Of a DNA stretch of 64,000 bases, positions 46,308 to 55,570 are shown one piece after another. Source of the DNA: Salinispira sp. (lineage in GTDB: Bacteria > Spirochaetota > Spirochaetia > DSM-27196 > Salinispiraceae); the NCBI GenBank assembly GCA_965602015.1, contig OZ271918.1, positions 3,168,001-3,232,000 of the forward strand, in the 5' to 3' direction. Made by a program: the position numbers and the translations under genes. Position 1 is the stretch's first letter, and each line of letters begins with the position of its first letter. The notes under the pieces are model-generated. The model did not search any database, was not told the DNA's origin, and saw only the letters and a program-made list of their open reading frames with translations.

Positions 46308-48311
46308 ATGAAACCACGAAAAGCAGCGCTTGTGCGCTCAATCGCGATCGTAGCGGTGATTGCAGTATCACTGGTATCCTGCGATTTCATCGGCGGAGAT
46401 CCGCCGGCGGATGTCACCATTGAAGAGCAGCTCGAAATAGCCCGTGAATTTCTCGACGCACAGGATTTCGATGCGGCCTACGAGGCATACAGCCAGGCAA
46501 TTCTCATCGACCCCACCAGCAGCGAGGCCCTCATGGGCTATGCGGTGCTCGAGCTTGGGTCAATCTCCACCGATCCGGCAGTTCGCACTGTCGCTGGTCA
46601 AAACATGGGCATCGTCGGATACCCGGACAATATGAACGATGTGTTTACCCTGGCGTTTATGGACGAGTTCATCCGCGAGTACACATACTGGGACGGAACC
46701 CAGGACGTAACGGAGACCTACACCACCTACGCACCGGTAATTGTCGGAATGGAAGCCTTCGACGGTGTTTTTGAAGTAGACGGAGTAGGCGACGGTGTAA
46801 TCGACCCCGATGAACGGGCAATCGCCATGCTTTCCTATTTCGCTGCAAACAATAGCGGATTCAACAGCATCGCCCAAACCCTGAATCCCATGCTCGAAGC
46901 CCGCATCGCCAATGCAATCAGCGCAATCTCCGCCCTGCCGGAAGACTCGAGTTTCGAATTCACCTGGAATATGTTCGTCGATACCCAGGACGAATGGGGC
47001 TACAACGATGTGAACGACAGTCCCCTTCCGGTGGTAATCGGCAAGGCCGAACTCCAGGTTCTTCTGAGCGGACTGCATTTCTTTAACGGCAACCTGAATC
47101 TGCTGCAGATGTACAACTTCGACGTTCCTTCTCTGCAGGCCTACTACGATTTTTTCAACCCCATTGACGGTAGCTTCGACCTGGCCGACATGCCGGCCAA
47201 CCCGCTTCTGACCTTCGGAACCCTCAACACCGACGCAGAGGCCCACAGAACAGCCGCCCGTCAGTCGTACATCGATTCGACCCTCTCCGCCATGGCTTTT
47301 ATTGACGGTGTACTCACCGACCGCGCCGGGTTCACCCTCTCTTCCGACGGCGCATACGACGGGGTAAACGGTCCTCTGTGGTCTGATATTACGGTAGAGA
47401 TGACATTTGCGAAAAACATCATCCAGGAGTTCCACGACTCATTCTCGAACGGAAGCACCGCCTATCTCCCCGTCGGTGCGGGCAGCGATGAATATGCAGC
47501 GTACAACGCCGCATGGCCCACTGCTGTGGAATTCGATGTTGACGGCCTCCCCATCGTCGTGGCAGCAAATCCGGGAGCATTTTTTACCGCCGGTCCCTAT
47601 GCGCTTCTGAACTTTGTCGACCACAACGATCTCAATCCGGTATTTTATGAGATCGACGGGGCAGGAATGGTTGAAGTCAGTGCGGTGCCCGACCTGAGCA
47701 GCGGAGTTTTTCCGGACTACGCCATAAAAATCCCCGGTTCGGTTATCAACAATTTCGCACCGACTGAGAACTATGTGTACGATGATCCTACAGACCCCGA
47801 TCATGCCGTTGTCGACTATTGGTTTAACTATTCAGATATGGATGGCGACTTCTACTGGGATGAAGGTGAAATGATCCACAACCTTGAGTTGTACCGAAAT
47901 TATCCCAAAGGCCTGATAAACATCAATCTTCTTGAAAGCGGTTACGGCTCGGACCCCATCACCTTTTTTAGCAACCAGTATCCCGACATCTATGCAGTCC
48001 CCGATGCCATTATCGAAGACATCATTTTCTGGGAAGTGGACAGCCTGACAGACGCCGGAGCCGACGGTTCGGTGGTCGATGATTTCCGGGATGCAGTGGC
48101 TGCGGACTTCGCCTTCTGGTCGTCCTCATACTCAGGCAGTGCAACGATTGCCGATCCGGCAACAGGCGACATCTACCTGCTCTTTAAAGGTGCGCTGGCA
48201 CAACTGGCCGCCCTCACCCTGGCAACCGAAGGAACCGTAGTGAACATCGACGGCACGGATTACACTGCCACCGGCGATTTTTGGGAAGCATTTTTTGTTC
48301 TAAACTTCTAA
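46308..48311 (+). CDS. Large acidic lipoprotein with N-terminal TPR and Dx[DN]xDG-like loops
   Basis: Lipobox LVSC-DFIG, TPR-like AREFLDAQDFDAAYEAYSQAILIDP, DGVGDGVIDPDE and DMDGDFYWDEGE. SD AGGAG before ATG 46308. Confidence 0.8.
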   Translation: MKPRKAALVRSIAIVAVIAVSLVSCDFIGGDPPADVTIEEQLEIAREFLDAQDFDAAYEAYSQAILIDPTSSEALMGYAVLELGSISTDPAVRTVAGQNMGIVGYPDNMNDVFTLAFMDEFIREYTYWDGTQDVTETYTTYAPVIVGMEAFDGVFEVDGVGDGVIDPDERAIAMLSYFAANNSGFNSIAQTLNPMLEARIANAISAISALPEDSSFEFTWNMFVDTQDEWGYNDVNDSPLPVVIGKAELQVLLSGLHFFNGNLNLLQMYNFDVPSLQAYYDFFNPIDGSFDLADMPANPLLTFGTLNTDAEAHRTAARQSYIDSTLSAMAFIDGVLTDRAGFTLSSDGAYDGVNGPLWSDITVEMTFAKNIIQEFHDSFSNGSTAYLPVGAGSDEYAAYNAAWPTAVEFDVDGLPIVVAANPGAFFTAGPYALLNFVDHNDLNPVFYEIDGAGMVEVSAVPDLSSGVFPDYAIKIPGSVINNFAPTENYVYDDPTDPDHAVVDYWFNYSDMDGDFYWDEGEMIHNLELYRNYPKGLININLLESGYGSDPITFFSNQYPDIYAVPDAIIEDIIFWEVDSLTDAGADGSVVDDFRDAVAADFAFWSSSYSGSATIADPATGDIYLLFKGALAQLAALTLATEGTVVNIDGTDYTATGDFWEAFFVLNF

Positions 48312-48398
48312 AATTCCCGCGCAAGTGCCATATTCGGCAGGGCTGCACACATGCAGCCCTGCCGTTTTTTTCTCCCTGGGGTAGAATAGAAAAATACC

Positions 48399-50597
48399 AT
48401 GAATATTTTCCGCCGTTTTGCGGCGATAGCTGATACATATAACCGGCGTACCGGCGCCTGGGGCAGCATCCCCTTTTTCCTCCTCACCATCGCGGCCATA
48501 TTTTTTGTGCCCGAAATCGGGGTCGGTTCAAAACTTTCGGCATACGAGCCGGACAGCGCCGAGTATCTCGAACTGCGCAGTCTGCTTGGCAATCCAACGG
48601 TTGAAGACAGCTCGCTGGTGATTTTTTTCCCCGAGGACCTATTTTCGCCGGACAGCGAGCAGCGGCTAAAAGAGCTCAGTATCAACATAAAAGAAGCGCC
48701 CGGGGTAAACGATGTCTTTTCCCCAGTCGATTTATCCGGAGAGTCAACGTCACCGGGCTGGCTCAAGCGCAGTCTCGAAGGCGACAACCTGGCGCGTCAG
48801 ATTTTTTTATCTCCCGACGGCCGCTCAATCAGCATCTACGTCCACTATGACGACTACCGCCTCACCATACCTGCCGTTGAAGAACTGGTGAACCGGATGG
48901 ATGACGCGGTTTTTTTTGATCAGAATTACTACGGGTCCTACATTCAATCCCGTATCGTGGGGCAACTTCTTCGCTGGCTCGCGCTGGCAACCGCTGTTAT
49001 ACTCGGCGTGCATTACTGGTTTATCCGCAGCCTGCGCCACAGCCTGGCCTTGCTCATTACCGCCGTCATGCCCGCCATGTGGACCCTGGCATTAATTGCC
49101 GTTTTCGTTCCCGTGGCGACCCTCGAGCTGATTCTGGTTCCCCTTGAGGTGTTTATCCTGGCAACCAGTTTCGGTGTACACCTGTATCAGCATAAGCGGG
49201 AGATAAACGCACAAAAAAGCGATGGTGTTTTTAACGTGCAGCTGGTGGTAAGCCTTGCGGCGGGAACCACCCTCGCCGGAGTGCTCTCGCTCAGCTGGTC
49301 TGTTTTTGCAGAAATTCGCACCATTACGTTCTGGTTGGCGGCGGGCATCGGGTTGGCCCTGTTTGCCTCGATATTCGTTCTGCCTTCCCTCCTTTCCCTG
49401 TTTACCAGGAAACCCAACCCGCCCCATCCCGGCCTTGAGAGGTTCATCGATTCGGCATCCCGCCGGGGACGGGCGGCTATTGTCTCCGCGCTCGTTGTGT
49501 TTAGCGTCTTTATTTCACAAATTCCCATGGTGATGGGATACTTCGGTTATGACGATGCATTCGGGCGGATATCTCCCCTGTTCTCTGAAATTTCTGTCTA
49601 CCGAAACAGCTATTCGAACCGTTCCGAGCTGGAGCTGCTCATCGACAGCGGAAGAGAATACGGACTTGTGGATCCCGCCGCCCTGATTGCGGTCAAAGAG
49701 CTTACAGAAAGCCTGGATTCGCTTCCGGAAGTGACCGCGACCATCAGTTATGCCGATGTGGTGGACTGGTACCTGCGCAGCGACGGCGCAGAACCGGGCA
49801 GCCCGGCATTTGAATACAGCGATGTGATAATCGGCGAGAGCCTCGAGCTAAGTAAATCTTCGAGAGCCGGAATCCTGCTGGACAGTCTGATAGACCGATC
49901 ATATCAAAAAGCCCGGGTGCGAATTTTCTACGTTTCGGCCGATGGAAGCCGAAGGTCAATGCTCGTTCTCAATAACTTGGTTGAGCACATCAAGGGCGAG
50001 TTCGCTGCGGAATTTGAAATCGCCAGCGGCATGACTCTCAGACCATCGGGCTGGGGCTATTTACGATCGAGAAGTTATGACTATCAGATAGAGGACCAGA
50101 TCCGCGGGATTCTGCTGTATCTGGCGATTATCAGTCCGCTCCTGCTTATCAGCCTCCGGTCTCTTCGCCTATGGCTTATTTCCCTTGTCCCGGTCATATT
50201 CGCCCTGACGCTGTTTTTCGGGGCCATGGGCCTGCTTGGAATACCGAATAAAAGCATGATGTACCTGATGTCCGCCATTGTTATGGGAGTGAGCATCGAC
50301 GATTCCCTTGTTCTTATGTTGGCGGTCAAATACGGCGCCGGCCCCCCGAGCAATAGAATCCCGAATACCTTAAGGCTTTTTGGACCTTCCATCGTGCAGA
50401 CAACTGTACTACTATGTGCGGGCCTGGGCGTATTGTTCTTCACCGAATACCGTTACCTGGCCGAAGCCTCGTTTCTAACCATTTTTGCTCTGATTGGAGC
50501 CACGCTTGTAACAATCGCGGTTCTGCCGGTCTTGCTGCAGCAATGGCTGACGTCCAAGGAGAAAAGCGAAAATCCCGGGCCGAAGGAAAGTTCATGA
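48399..50597 (+). CDS. MMPL/RND family transporter
   Basis: Two repeats of TM + periplasmic domain + 5 TM, GVSIDDSL, and a G..I..TT..L..G motif. Confidence 0.85.
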   Translation: MNIFRRFAAIADTYNRRTGAWGSIPFFLLTIAAIFFVPEIGVGSKLSAYEPDSAEYLELRSLLGNPTVEDSSLVIFFPEDLFSPDSEQRLKELSINIKEAPGVNDVFSPVDLSGESTSPGWLKRSLEGDNLARQIFLSPDGRSISIYVHYDDYRLTIPAVEELVNRMDDAVFFDQNYYGSYIQSRIVGQLLRWLALATAVILGVHYWFIRSLRHSLALLITAVMPAMWTLALIAVFVPVATLELILVPLEVFILATSFGVHLYQHKREINAQKSDGVFNVQLVVSLAAGTTLAGVLSLSWSVFAEIRTITFWLAAGIGLALFASIFVLPSLLSLFTRKPNPPHPGLERFIDSASRRGRAAIVSALVVFSVFISQIPMVMGYFGYDDAFGRISPLFSEISVYRNSYSNRSELELLIDSGREYGLVDPAALIAVKELTESLDSLPEVTATISYADVVDWYLRSDGAEPGSPAFEYSDVIIGESLELSKSSRAGILLDSLIDRSYQKARVRIFYVSADGSRRSMLVLNNLVEHIKGEFAAEFEIASGMTLRPSGWGYLRSRSYDYQIEDQIRGILLYLAIISPLLLISLRSLRLWLISLVPVIFALTLFFGAMGLLGIPNKSMMYLMSAIVMGVSIDDSLVLMLAVKYGAGPPSNRIPNTLRLFGPSIVQTTVLLCAGLGVLFFTEYRYLAEASFLTIFALIGATLVTIAVLPVLLQQWLTSKEKSENPGPKESS

Positions 50598-51319
50598 AGA
50601 AAAGCTATGCAATTATCGCAATCATACTGCTGATAAAAGGCTACCCACTCTTGGCTGAAGACGCCCGGAGTATTGTAGAAGACGCTCATGTATTCGGAAA
50701 CAGCAGGTCACTGTATATCCGCCTCGATATGGAAATCCAAGAGGCCGGCGACTCTACAGTCAGGGGAATCGAGATTTACCGGAACCTCAGCGAGCAGGAG
50801 CGTCAGCTTCTGATTCAGGTCGTTACGCCTCCGTTTTTACGATCCATGAAATTTCTTCAACTCGAAACCGGTTCTTCCCAAAGCCAGCAGTGGCTGGCCA
50901 CTTCCCGCGGCGTTCGAAGGATGGGCTCCGGCGACGGCAGCACCCGCCTGTTCGATTCGGATTTCACTTTGGACGATTTTTCTTTTTCCGATGTGGACGA
51001 ATATGCCTATACGACAATTTCCGATGACGGAGCCATGACCACCATTCGCGCTGTCCCGGCGGCGTCCGCCGGGGAGCAGCGGCTCTTGTATATCGAAAAC
51101 AGCAGCTCAATCATTACCCGGGTAGATTACCTTGACAGCCGGGGCGAACTGGTAAAACAGTACCGGGTCCTCGAGTTTTTCGAAGATACCGCTGGCAGAT
51201 TTCCCCGGGTCGCAAGAATGGATTCCTTCGGACGTGGCAGTCATACCGAGATCCATATAAGCAGTTTTGACGATGAAAGCAGCATTCCCTCGAGGATTTT
51301 CCACCGGGGCAGCCTGTGA
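50594..51319 (+). CDS. LolA-like 'outer membrane lipoprotein-sorting' protein
   Basis: Signal peptide, PPFLRSMKFL, RGVRRM, LFDSDFTLDDF, RVDYLDSRGELVK, IPSRIF. ATGA overlap with MMPL. Confidence 0.85.
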   Translation: MKKSYAIIAIILLIKGYPLLAEDARSIVEDAHVFGNSRSLYIRLDMEIQEAGDSTVRGIEIYRNLSEQERQLLIQVVTPPFLRSMKFLQLETGSSQSQQWLATSRGVRRMGSGDGSTRLFDSDFTLDDFSFSDVDEYAYTTISDDGAMTTIRAVPAASAGEQRLLYIENSSSIITRVDYLDSRGELVKQYRVLEFFEDTAGRFPRVARMDSFGRGSHTEIHISSFDDESSIPSRIFHRGSL

Positions 51320-52641
51320 CATCAATGCGCGCATTCTTTGCCGCCATGCTGTTCTGCTGCAATGCCGCGCTGCTGTCCGCCGAGGTTCTTCTTGGCTTTG
51401 AGGGCGGCATACGTCTCGAGCAGCTGTTCGACCGCCAGGCTTTACCGCTGCATAGCGAACTGTACGCCCGGCCTTCGCTGGCTGCCTTCGGCAACTCGAC
51501 GGATGTCAGCATAACCCTCGAGCTTCGGCAAACCACGGAAAATCCCGATGATCCTCTGCTGCTGACCATTGCCGATGCCCGATTTGATTATTATCCGACC
51601 CAGTGGCTCACGTTCAGCGTCGGACGCTACGCCTACCGCCCCGGCAGTGCGGCATTCATCAGCCCGAGTTCCTTTTTCTCGCGGCCTCCCCTGGAGGAAA
51701 CCCTGCGGCAAGGCCCGTCGGCGACGGCAGTCACTGAACTAATACAGTCCACTTTTTTCCTTCCCCGGGGATTTATCCGGTTGACCATTGAGCCTTCCCG
51801 GGGAGGAAGCCCTCTGCCGTCGCCGGATTCACCCTGGTTTCCCACAAAGGATGTTCCAGAGAGTATTTTTCTCAGGCTGCCGATCCTGTTCCCCGACGGC
51901 GTGACCCTGACCAGGGGTACGTTGAGAATAGAGGATGACCAGACAGCGGCGTTTCGTTTCGCAGATGCGTCATACAGCGCCGAGCTGATGTTGTATGCAA
52001 TCCCTGGGGTGGACGCCCAGGTGTCGTATTTTTACGGCAGAGATCCATTCCCGAACTTCAGCTATGAAACCAGCATTCCGAAAGGTTTTTACGAAGGTGC
52101 GCCTTTCGACGTCACGGTAAGAAGCAGCGCTGTTCACACCCATGCAATAGGGCTCAATGTAGAGGGAACTGCCGGGCGTTTCAGGTTTTTTACCGACGGC
52201 TCACTCATGCCGGTAAAGGAATTTTTCACCGAACGTTTCTACGATCCGGACAACGATCCCAGGTCCCGCAGGCTTCCCTTCCTCCGGGTATCCGCCGGGG
52301 GTACGGTGGATTTCTATGAACCTTCGGTTTTGCTGTTCGCGGAGCTGTTTCATTCAATAGCCTTTGGCGATAACGAGGACATCAGCCTTCCGGTGCTGAA
52401 CTCAATAGCTGTGGCAGGCGCAAATGCCTCGCTGTTCAGGGGAGTGCTGCAGGTCAGTTTTTCGCCGGTTTTTACGCTGTACGAACCCGGAGCAGTAGTG
52501 CCGCTCTATGTTTCACTCCAGCCCGATGACAACAGCGAGTTCTCCCTCTATACCCCGCTGTTTCTCGGATCTCCCGACGGCGATTTGGGACAATATCAAA
52601 ATCTGAACCTCATCCGCTTCGAAGCCCGCTGGAAATTCTAA
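51316..52641 (+). CDS. Putative outer-membrane beta-barrel protein
   Basis: Signal peptide, amphipathic strands, C-terminal IRFEARWKF beta-signal. GTGA overlap with the LolA-like gene. Confidence 0.7.
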   Translation: MTSMRAFFAAMLFCCNAALLSAEVLLGFEGGIRLEQLFDRQALPLHSELYARPSLAAFGNSTDVSITLELRQTTENPDDPLLLTIADARFDYYPTQWLTFSVGRYAYRPGSAAFISPSSFFSRPPLEETLRQGPSATAVTELIQSTFFLPRGFIRLTIEPSRGGSPLPSPDSPWFPTKDVPESIFLRLPILFPDGVTLTRGTLRIEDDQTAAFRFADASYSAELMLYAIPGVDAQVSYFYGRDPFPNFSYETSIPKGFYEGAPFDVTVRSSAVHTHAIGLNVEGTAGRFRFFTDGSLMPVKEFFTERFYDPDNDPRSRRLPFLRVSAGGTVDFYEPSVLLFAELFHSIAFGDNEDISLPVLNSIAVAGANASLFRGVLQVSFSPVFTLYEPGAVVPLYVSLQPDDNSEFSLYTPLFLGSPDGDLGQYQNLNLIRFEARWKF

Positions 52642-52642
52642 T

Positions 52643-52675
52643 AAAAAAACCCCGCCGGCAGCCGGCGGGGCTTGT
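52643..52675. terminator. Terminator between convergent genes
   Basis: A run plus CCCCGCCGG/CCGGCGGGG hairpin. Confidence 0.8.
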
Positions 52676-52700
52676 TGATTAGTCCTAAGACCGATTCTGC

Positions 52701-53549
52701 TTACATTTCCTCTACGGGAAAGGTGATTACTACGGTGTTGGTTTTTTCGTCGTAGAAGCGGCTGTTGGCGCCGACGCGAACCGCAGGGTCGGAGCTGACG
52801 TCGCCGAAGGGATCGTTCATTGCCCACTGATTCTTGAGCACGAATGCAATGTCGCTCTCAAATGCCGAGAGGTTACGGGTTTCGTCATCGCCGTCTTCGA
52901 AGGCGAAGAGCATGACGCCGGGCTTGAAGCTGTCCTGGTTTTCCGGAGTGAATACGGCTTCGGAAATCCAGATGTTGCTTTCGGGTTGGTTCCACATAAT
53001 GGTCTTTGAACCGGTGTCCCAACCAGCGCTCTTGGCGCCGAAGGCGTCACCGCTTTTTACCCACTGTCCCTTGAGGAAGACGGGGTACATCCATGCCGGG
53101 GCAAAATCGAGCCCGTAGGTGGTAAACTCGTTGTCGGCGATCATCTGCACGGCGTCGGCATCAACAACCCAACGGACGGTAATGCTGCCTTCGGGGGCCA
53201 GGTAGAGATAATCTTCGGCAATAGAGGTGCCGACCTGCACTTCAATTTGCTCGTCTACTTCCTCGGGAACGCGGAACCAGATGGTCTGGTCATCCCAGCC
53301 GAAAAACCGGTCAAGGGCAACGCCGTTGAGGTAGATGAGACCCGGGGTGTCGCCGAAACCTTCGCCCTTAATGGACACGAGGGTTCCCGGAAGGACGTTG
53401 AGCGGATAGAGACCGTAGACTTCCGCGCCGGAAAGATCGGCATCGGGGGTTCCGGTAATTACATACTGATTCATGCCGCCGCAGCTGCTCAAAAGCAGAA
53501 CGGCCAGCAGCAGGGCAAAACCTGCAGAGCGGAAAACATTTTTGCGCAT
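52701..53549 (-). CDS. Lipoprotein with IPT/TIG domain and uncharacterised C-terminal domain
   Basis: Lipobox LSSC and PGTLVSIKGEGFG...WDDQTIWFRVP. SD AGGAGG before ATG 53549. Confidence 0.8.
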   Translation of the reverse strand: MRKNVFRSAGFALLLAVLLLSSCGGMNQYVITGTPDADLSGAEVYGLYPLNVLPGTLVSIKGEGFGDTPGLIYLNGVALDRFFGWDDQTIWFRVPEEVDEQIEVQVGTSIAEDYLYLAPEGSITVRWVVDADAVQMIADNEFTTYGLDFAPAWMYPVFLKGQWVKSGDAFGAKSAGWDTGSKTIMWNQPESNIWISEAVFTPENQDSFKPGVMLFAFEDGDDETRNLSAFESDIAFVLKNQWAMNDPFGDVSSDPAVRVGANSRFYDEKTNTVVITFPVEEM

Positions 53550-53573
53550 AATTCCTCCTATTATTGCATCGTA

Positions 53574-53630
53574 CTTGGAAACGTTTCCAAGAGACCTGAA
53601 GATTATAGAACCTGTGTTTTCATTCGTCAA
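53574..53630 (-). promoter_or_regulatory. Sigma70 promoter plus perfect 18-bp LacI operator
   Basis: TTGACG-N17-TATAAT (53630-53602) and CTTGGAAACGTTTCCAAG (53574-53591) just downstream. Confidence 0.88.
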
Positions 53631-53651
53631 ATATTAAGATCGCCGCAGAGC

Positions 53652-53682
53652 AAAAAAAACCGGCGCGGATTGGGCGCCGGTT
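53652..53682 (-). terminator. Intrinsic terminator after alpha-amylase
   Basis: CCGGCGC/GCGCCGG hairpin plus T8 on the minus strand. Confidence 0.85.
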
Positions 53683-53709
53683 ACAGAGCGTGCTTTTTTT
53701 AAAGACCTG

Positions 53710-55449
53710 TCAGTTGCGAATGACTCGGAACACGTAACTTGCCCGGTTTCCCAGCTCCGGAAGGGGAGAATAGTTCTCGAATCCGCCGTTTTCGTTAATC
53801 TGCGGCTGGGTGATTCCCGCGACATCGCCGCCGGGAAGGTATTCGAACCCGTCGTCATCGGCGGTGTAAATCAGCTCGAGGCTGTAGCCGTCTTTCCACG
53901 GGGATTCTTCGAGGAACAGTCCGTAATCCTCCCGGAGACTGCCCAGATTATGAAGCACCAGCAGGGCTTCATCGTCGGTGTAGCGGAAGAACGAGTAAAG
54001 GCGGCGGGAGCTCACCCCTACATGGGCGAGGTCGCCCCGTCGCAGGGCATTCTCGCTATTGCGCAGGTTCACCAGGGCCCGGTAATGGTTCAGCAGCGAT
54101 GCCGGGTCCCGGTCCATCGTTTCCACATTGCGGCTTTCCAGATCAGCCGCATAACCCTGCCAGGGTTCGACGCTGCTGAATCCGCCGTCGGGGCTCCAGT
54201 GCATGGGCCGGCGGAGATGCTCATCGGGCTTGTCCCCTTCCACGCCGATTTCCTCGCCGTAGTATATAAAGGGAATGCCGGGTCCGGTGAGAAGCAGAGC
54301 TGCCGCACTTCGCATGGCCGCCGGGTCACCGTCCAGGAGGGTCGCCGAGCGGGTCTGGTCGTGATTCGACAGGAAACGGCCGTATTGGCCTGGAGGATAC
54401 AGGGCATTGACCTGCTCCTGCCGGGCTACCAGGTCGGAGCCGTTAGTTGTCCGTACGGCGTTGAGCATTGCGGTTGCCAGGTCGAACTCAAAAGCCGTGT
54501 CCACCTCATCACCCACGTATTTCGCGACTTCCTCGCTGTTGGTCCACACCTCGCCGATGGTAAAGGCCTCGGGATTGATACCTTTGTAGTATTCGTAAAA
54601 AATCTGGAACCATTCGTGATTGCTGAAACTGTTCAGGAGGATATTCCCCTCTTCCTTGAGATACATGATTGCGTCCAGACGGAAGCCGTGCACGCCGATG
54701 TCTTCCAGCCAGTAGCGGATAATCTCATTAATCTCGCGGTTCACCTCGGGATTCCAGAAGTTCAGGTCGGGCATGCCGCCCCAGAATAAACCGTAGTAGA
54801 AGCGCCCGTTGCCGCCGTTATGCCATACCTGCTGACCCCAGGGACCGACGGTTTCGGGGTTTACATCCTGCCATACGTAATAGTCCTCATATTGGGGATC
54901 ACCGGCGCGGCTTGCAATGAACCAGGGATGCTGAATGCTGGAGTGGTTGAGAACAAGGTCCATGATGATCATTATTCCGCGCTTTTCCGCTTCATCGAGA
55001 AGCTGCCGGAAATCATCCATGGTGCCGTAATCCGATTCTATGGAATAGTAGTCGGTGACGTCGTAGCCGTGATAACTGGGACTTTCGTTAATGGGCATCA
55101 GCCAAATTCCGGTGATTCCCAGATCATCGCTGGTGGAATCATCGCCGTCGTTTATGTAGTCGAGCTTTTCGATGATCCCTTGAATGTCGCCGATGCCGTC
55201 ACCGTCCGAATCATAAAACGATCGGACGAAAATCTGGTAAAAGGTGCGGTCATTCCACTCCTGCACCGCGCTCGGGTCGTACTCGCCGGTAAACGGCGTT
55301 CTGGCGTCCGAAACTGCTTCGGGCTCCGCAGCGGGTGGAGGCGGAAGCTCGGGCTGGGTCGCACAGCCGGCCAGCAGTATGACAGTCACCCCAATGACTG
55401 TCAGCAGGGCGCCGAAGCGCGCTGATTTATGTCTGCGTGTGTGGTTCAT
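53710..55449 (-). CDS. Lipoprotein alpha-amylase (GH13, GH13_36-like)
   Basis: Lipobox LAGC plus Pro tether. FYQIFVRSFYDSDGDGIGD, DLVLNH, MPDLN, GFRLDA, GEVW, SNHD. Confidence 0.93.
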   Translation of the reverse strand: MNHTRRHKSARFGALLTVIGVTVILLAGCATQPELPPPPAAEPEAVSDARTPFTGEYDPSAVQEWNDRTFYQIFVRSFYDSDGDGIGDIQGIIEKLDYINDGDDSTSDDLGITGIWLMPINESPSYHGYDVTDYYSIESDYGTMDDFRQLLDEAEKRGIMIIMDLVLNHSSIQHPWFIASRAGDPQYEDYYVWQDVNPETVGPWGQQVWHNGGNGRFYYGLFWGGMPDLNFWNPEVNREINEIIRYWLEDIGVHGFRLDAIMYLKEEGNILLNSFSNHEWFQIFYEYYKGINPEAFTIGEVWTNSEEVAKYVGDEVDTAFEFDLATAMLNAVRTTNGSDLVARQEQVNALYPPGQYGRFLSNHDQTRSATLLDGDPAAMRSAAALLLTGPGIPFIYYGEEIGVEGDKPDEHLRRPMHWSPDGGFSSVEPWQGYAADLESRNVETMDRDPASLLNHYRALVNLRNSENALRRGDLAHVGVSSRRLYSFFRYTDDEALLVLHNLGSLREDYGLFLEESPWKDGYSLELIYTADDDGFEYLPGGDVAGITQPQINENGGFENYSPLPELGNRASYVFRVIRN

Positions 55450-55523
55450 AATTACCCCTTTGATAACAATTCCGGTCAGTATAATTCAAAGCTGTGCCGG
55501 GGTTAAGAGAAAAATCCTCGTAA

Positions 55524-55546
55524 ACTGGAAACGTTCCCAGTATAAT
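55524..55546 (+). promoter_or_regulatory. LacI-type operator abutting -10 box in divergent amylase/debranching-enzyme promoter
   Basis: ACTGGAAACGTTCCCAGT (one mismatch) followed by TATAAT at 55541. Confidence 0.8.
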
Positions 55547-55570
55547 GGTGGGCCGAGGAGAATGGGGACA

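Noticed and set aside
44427..52641. Block as a mobile element or genomic island
   Set aside because: It interrupts the glucan cluster and has an AT-rich spacer, but no integrase, transposase, tRNA or flanking direct repeats were found.
55244..55570. Long N-terminal ORF-track extensions (also 1471, 34140, 46172, 50414, 58063)
   Set aside because: They overlap neighbouring genes or promoters, and downstream starts restore signal peptides, SDs or translational coupling.
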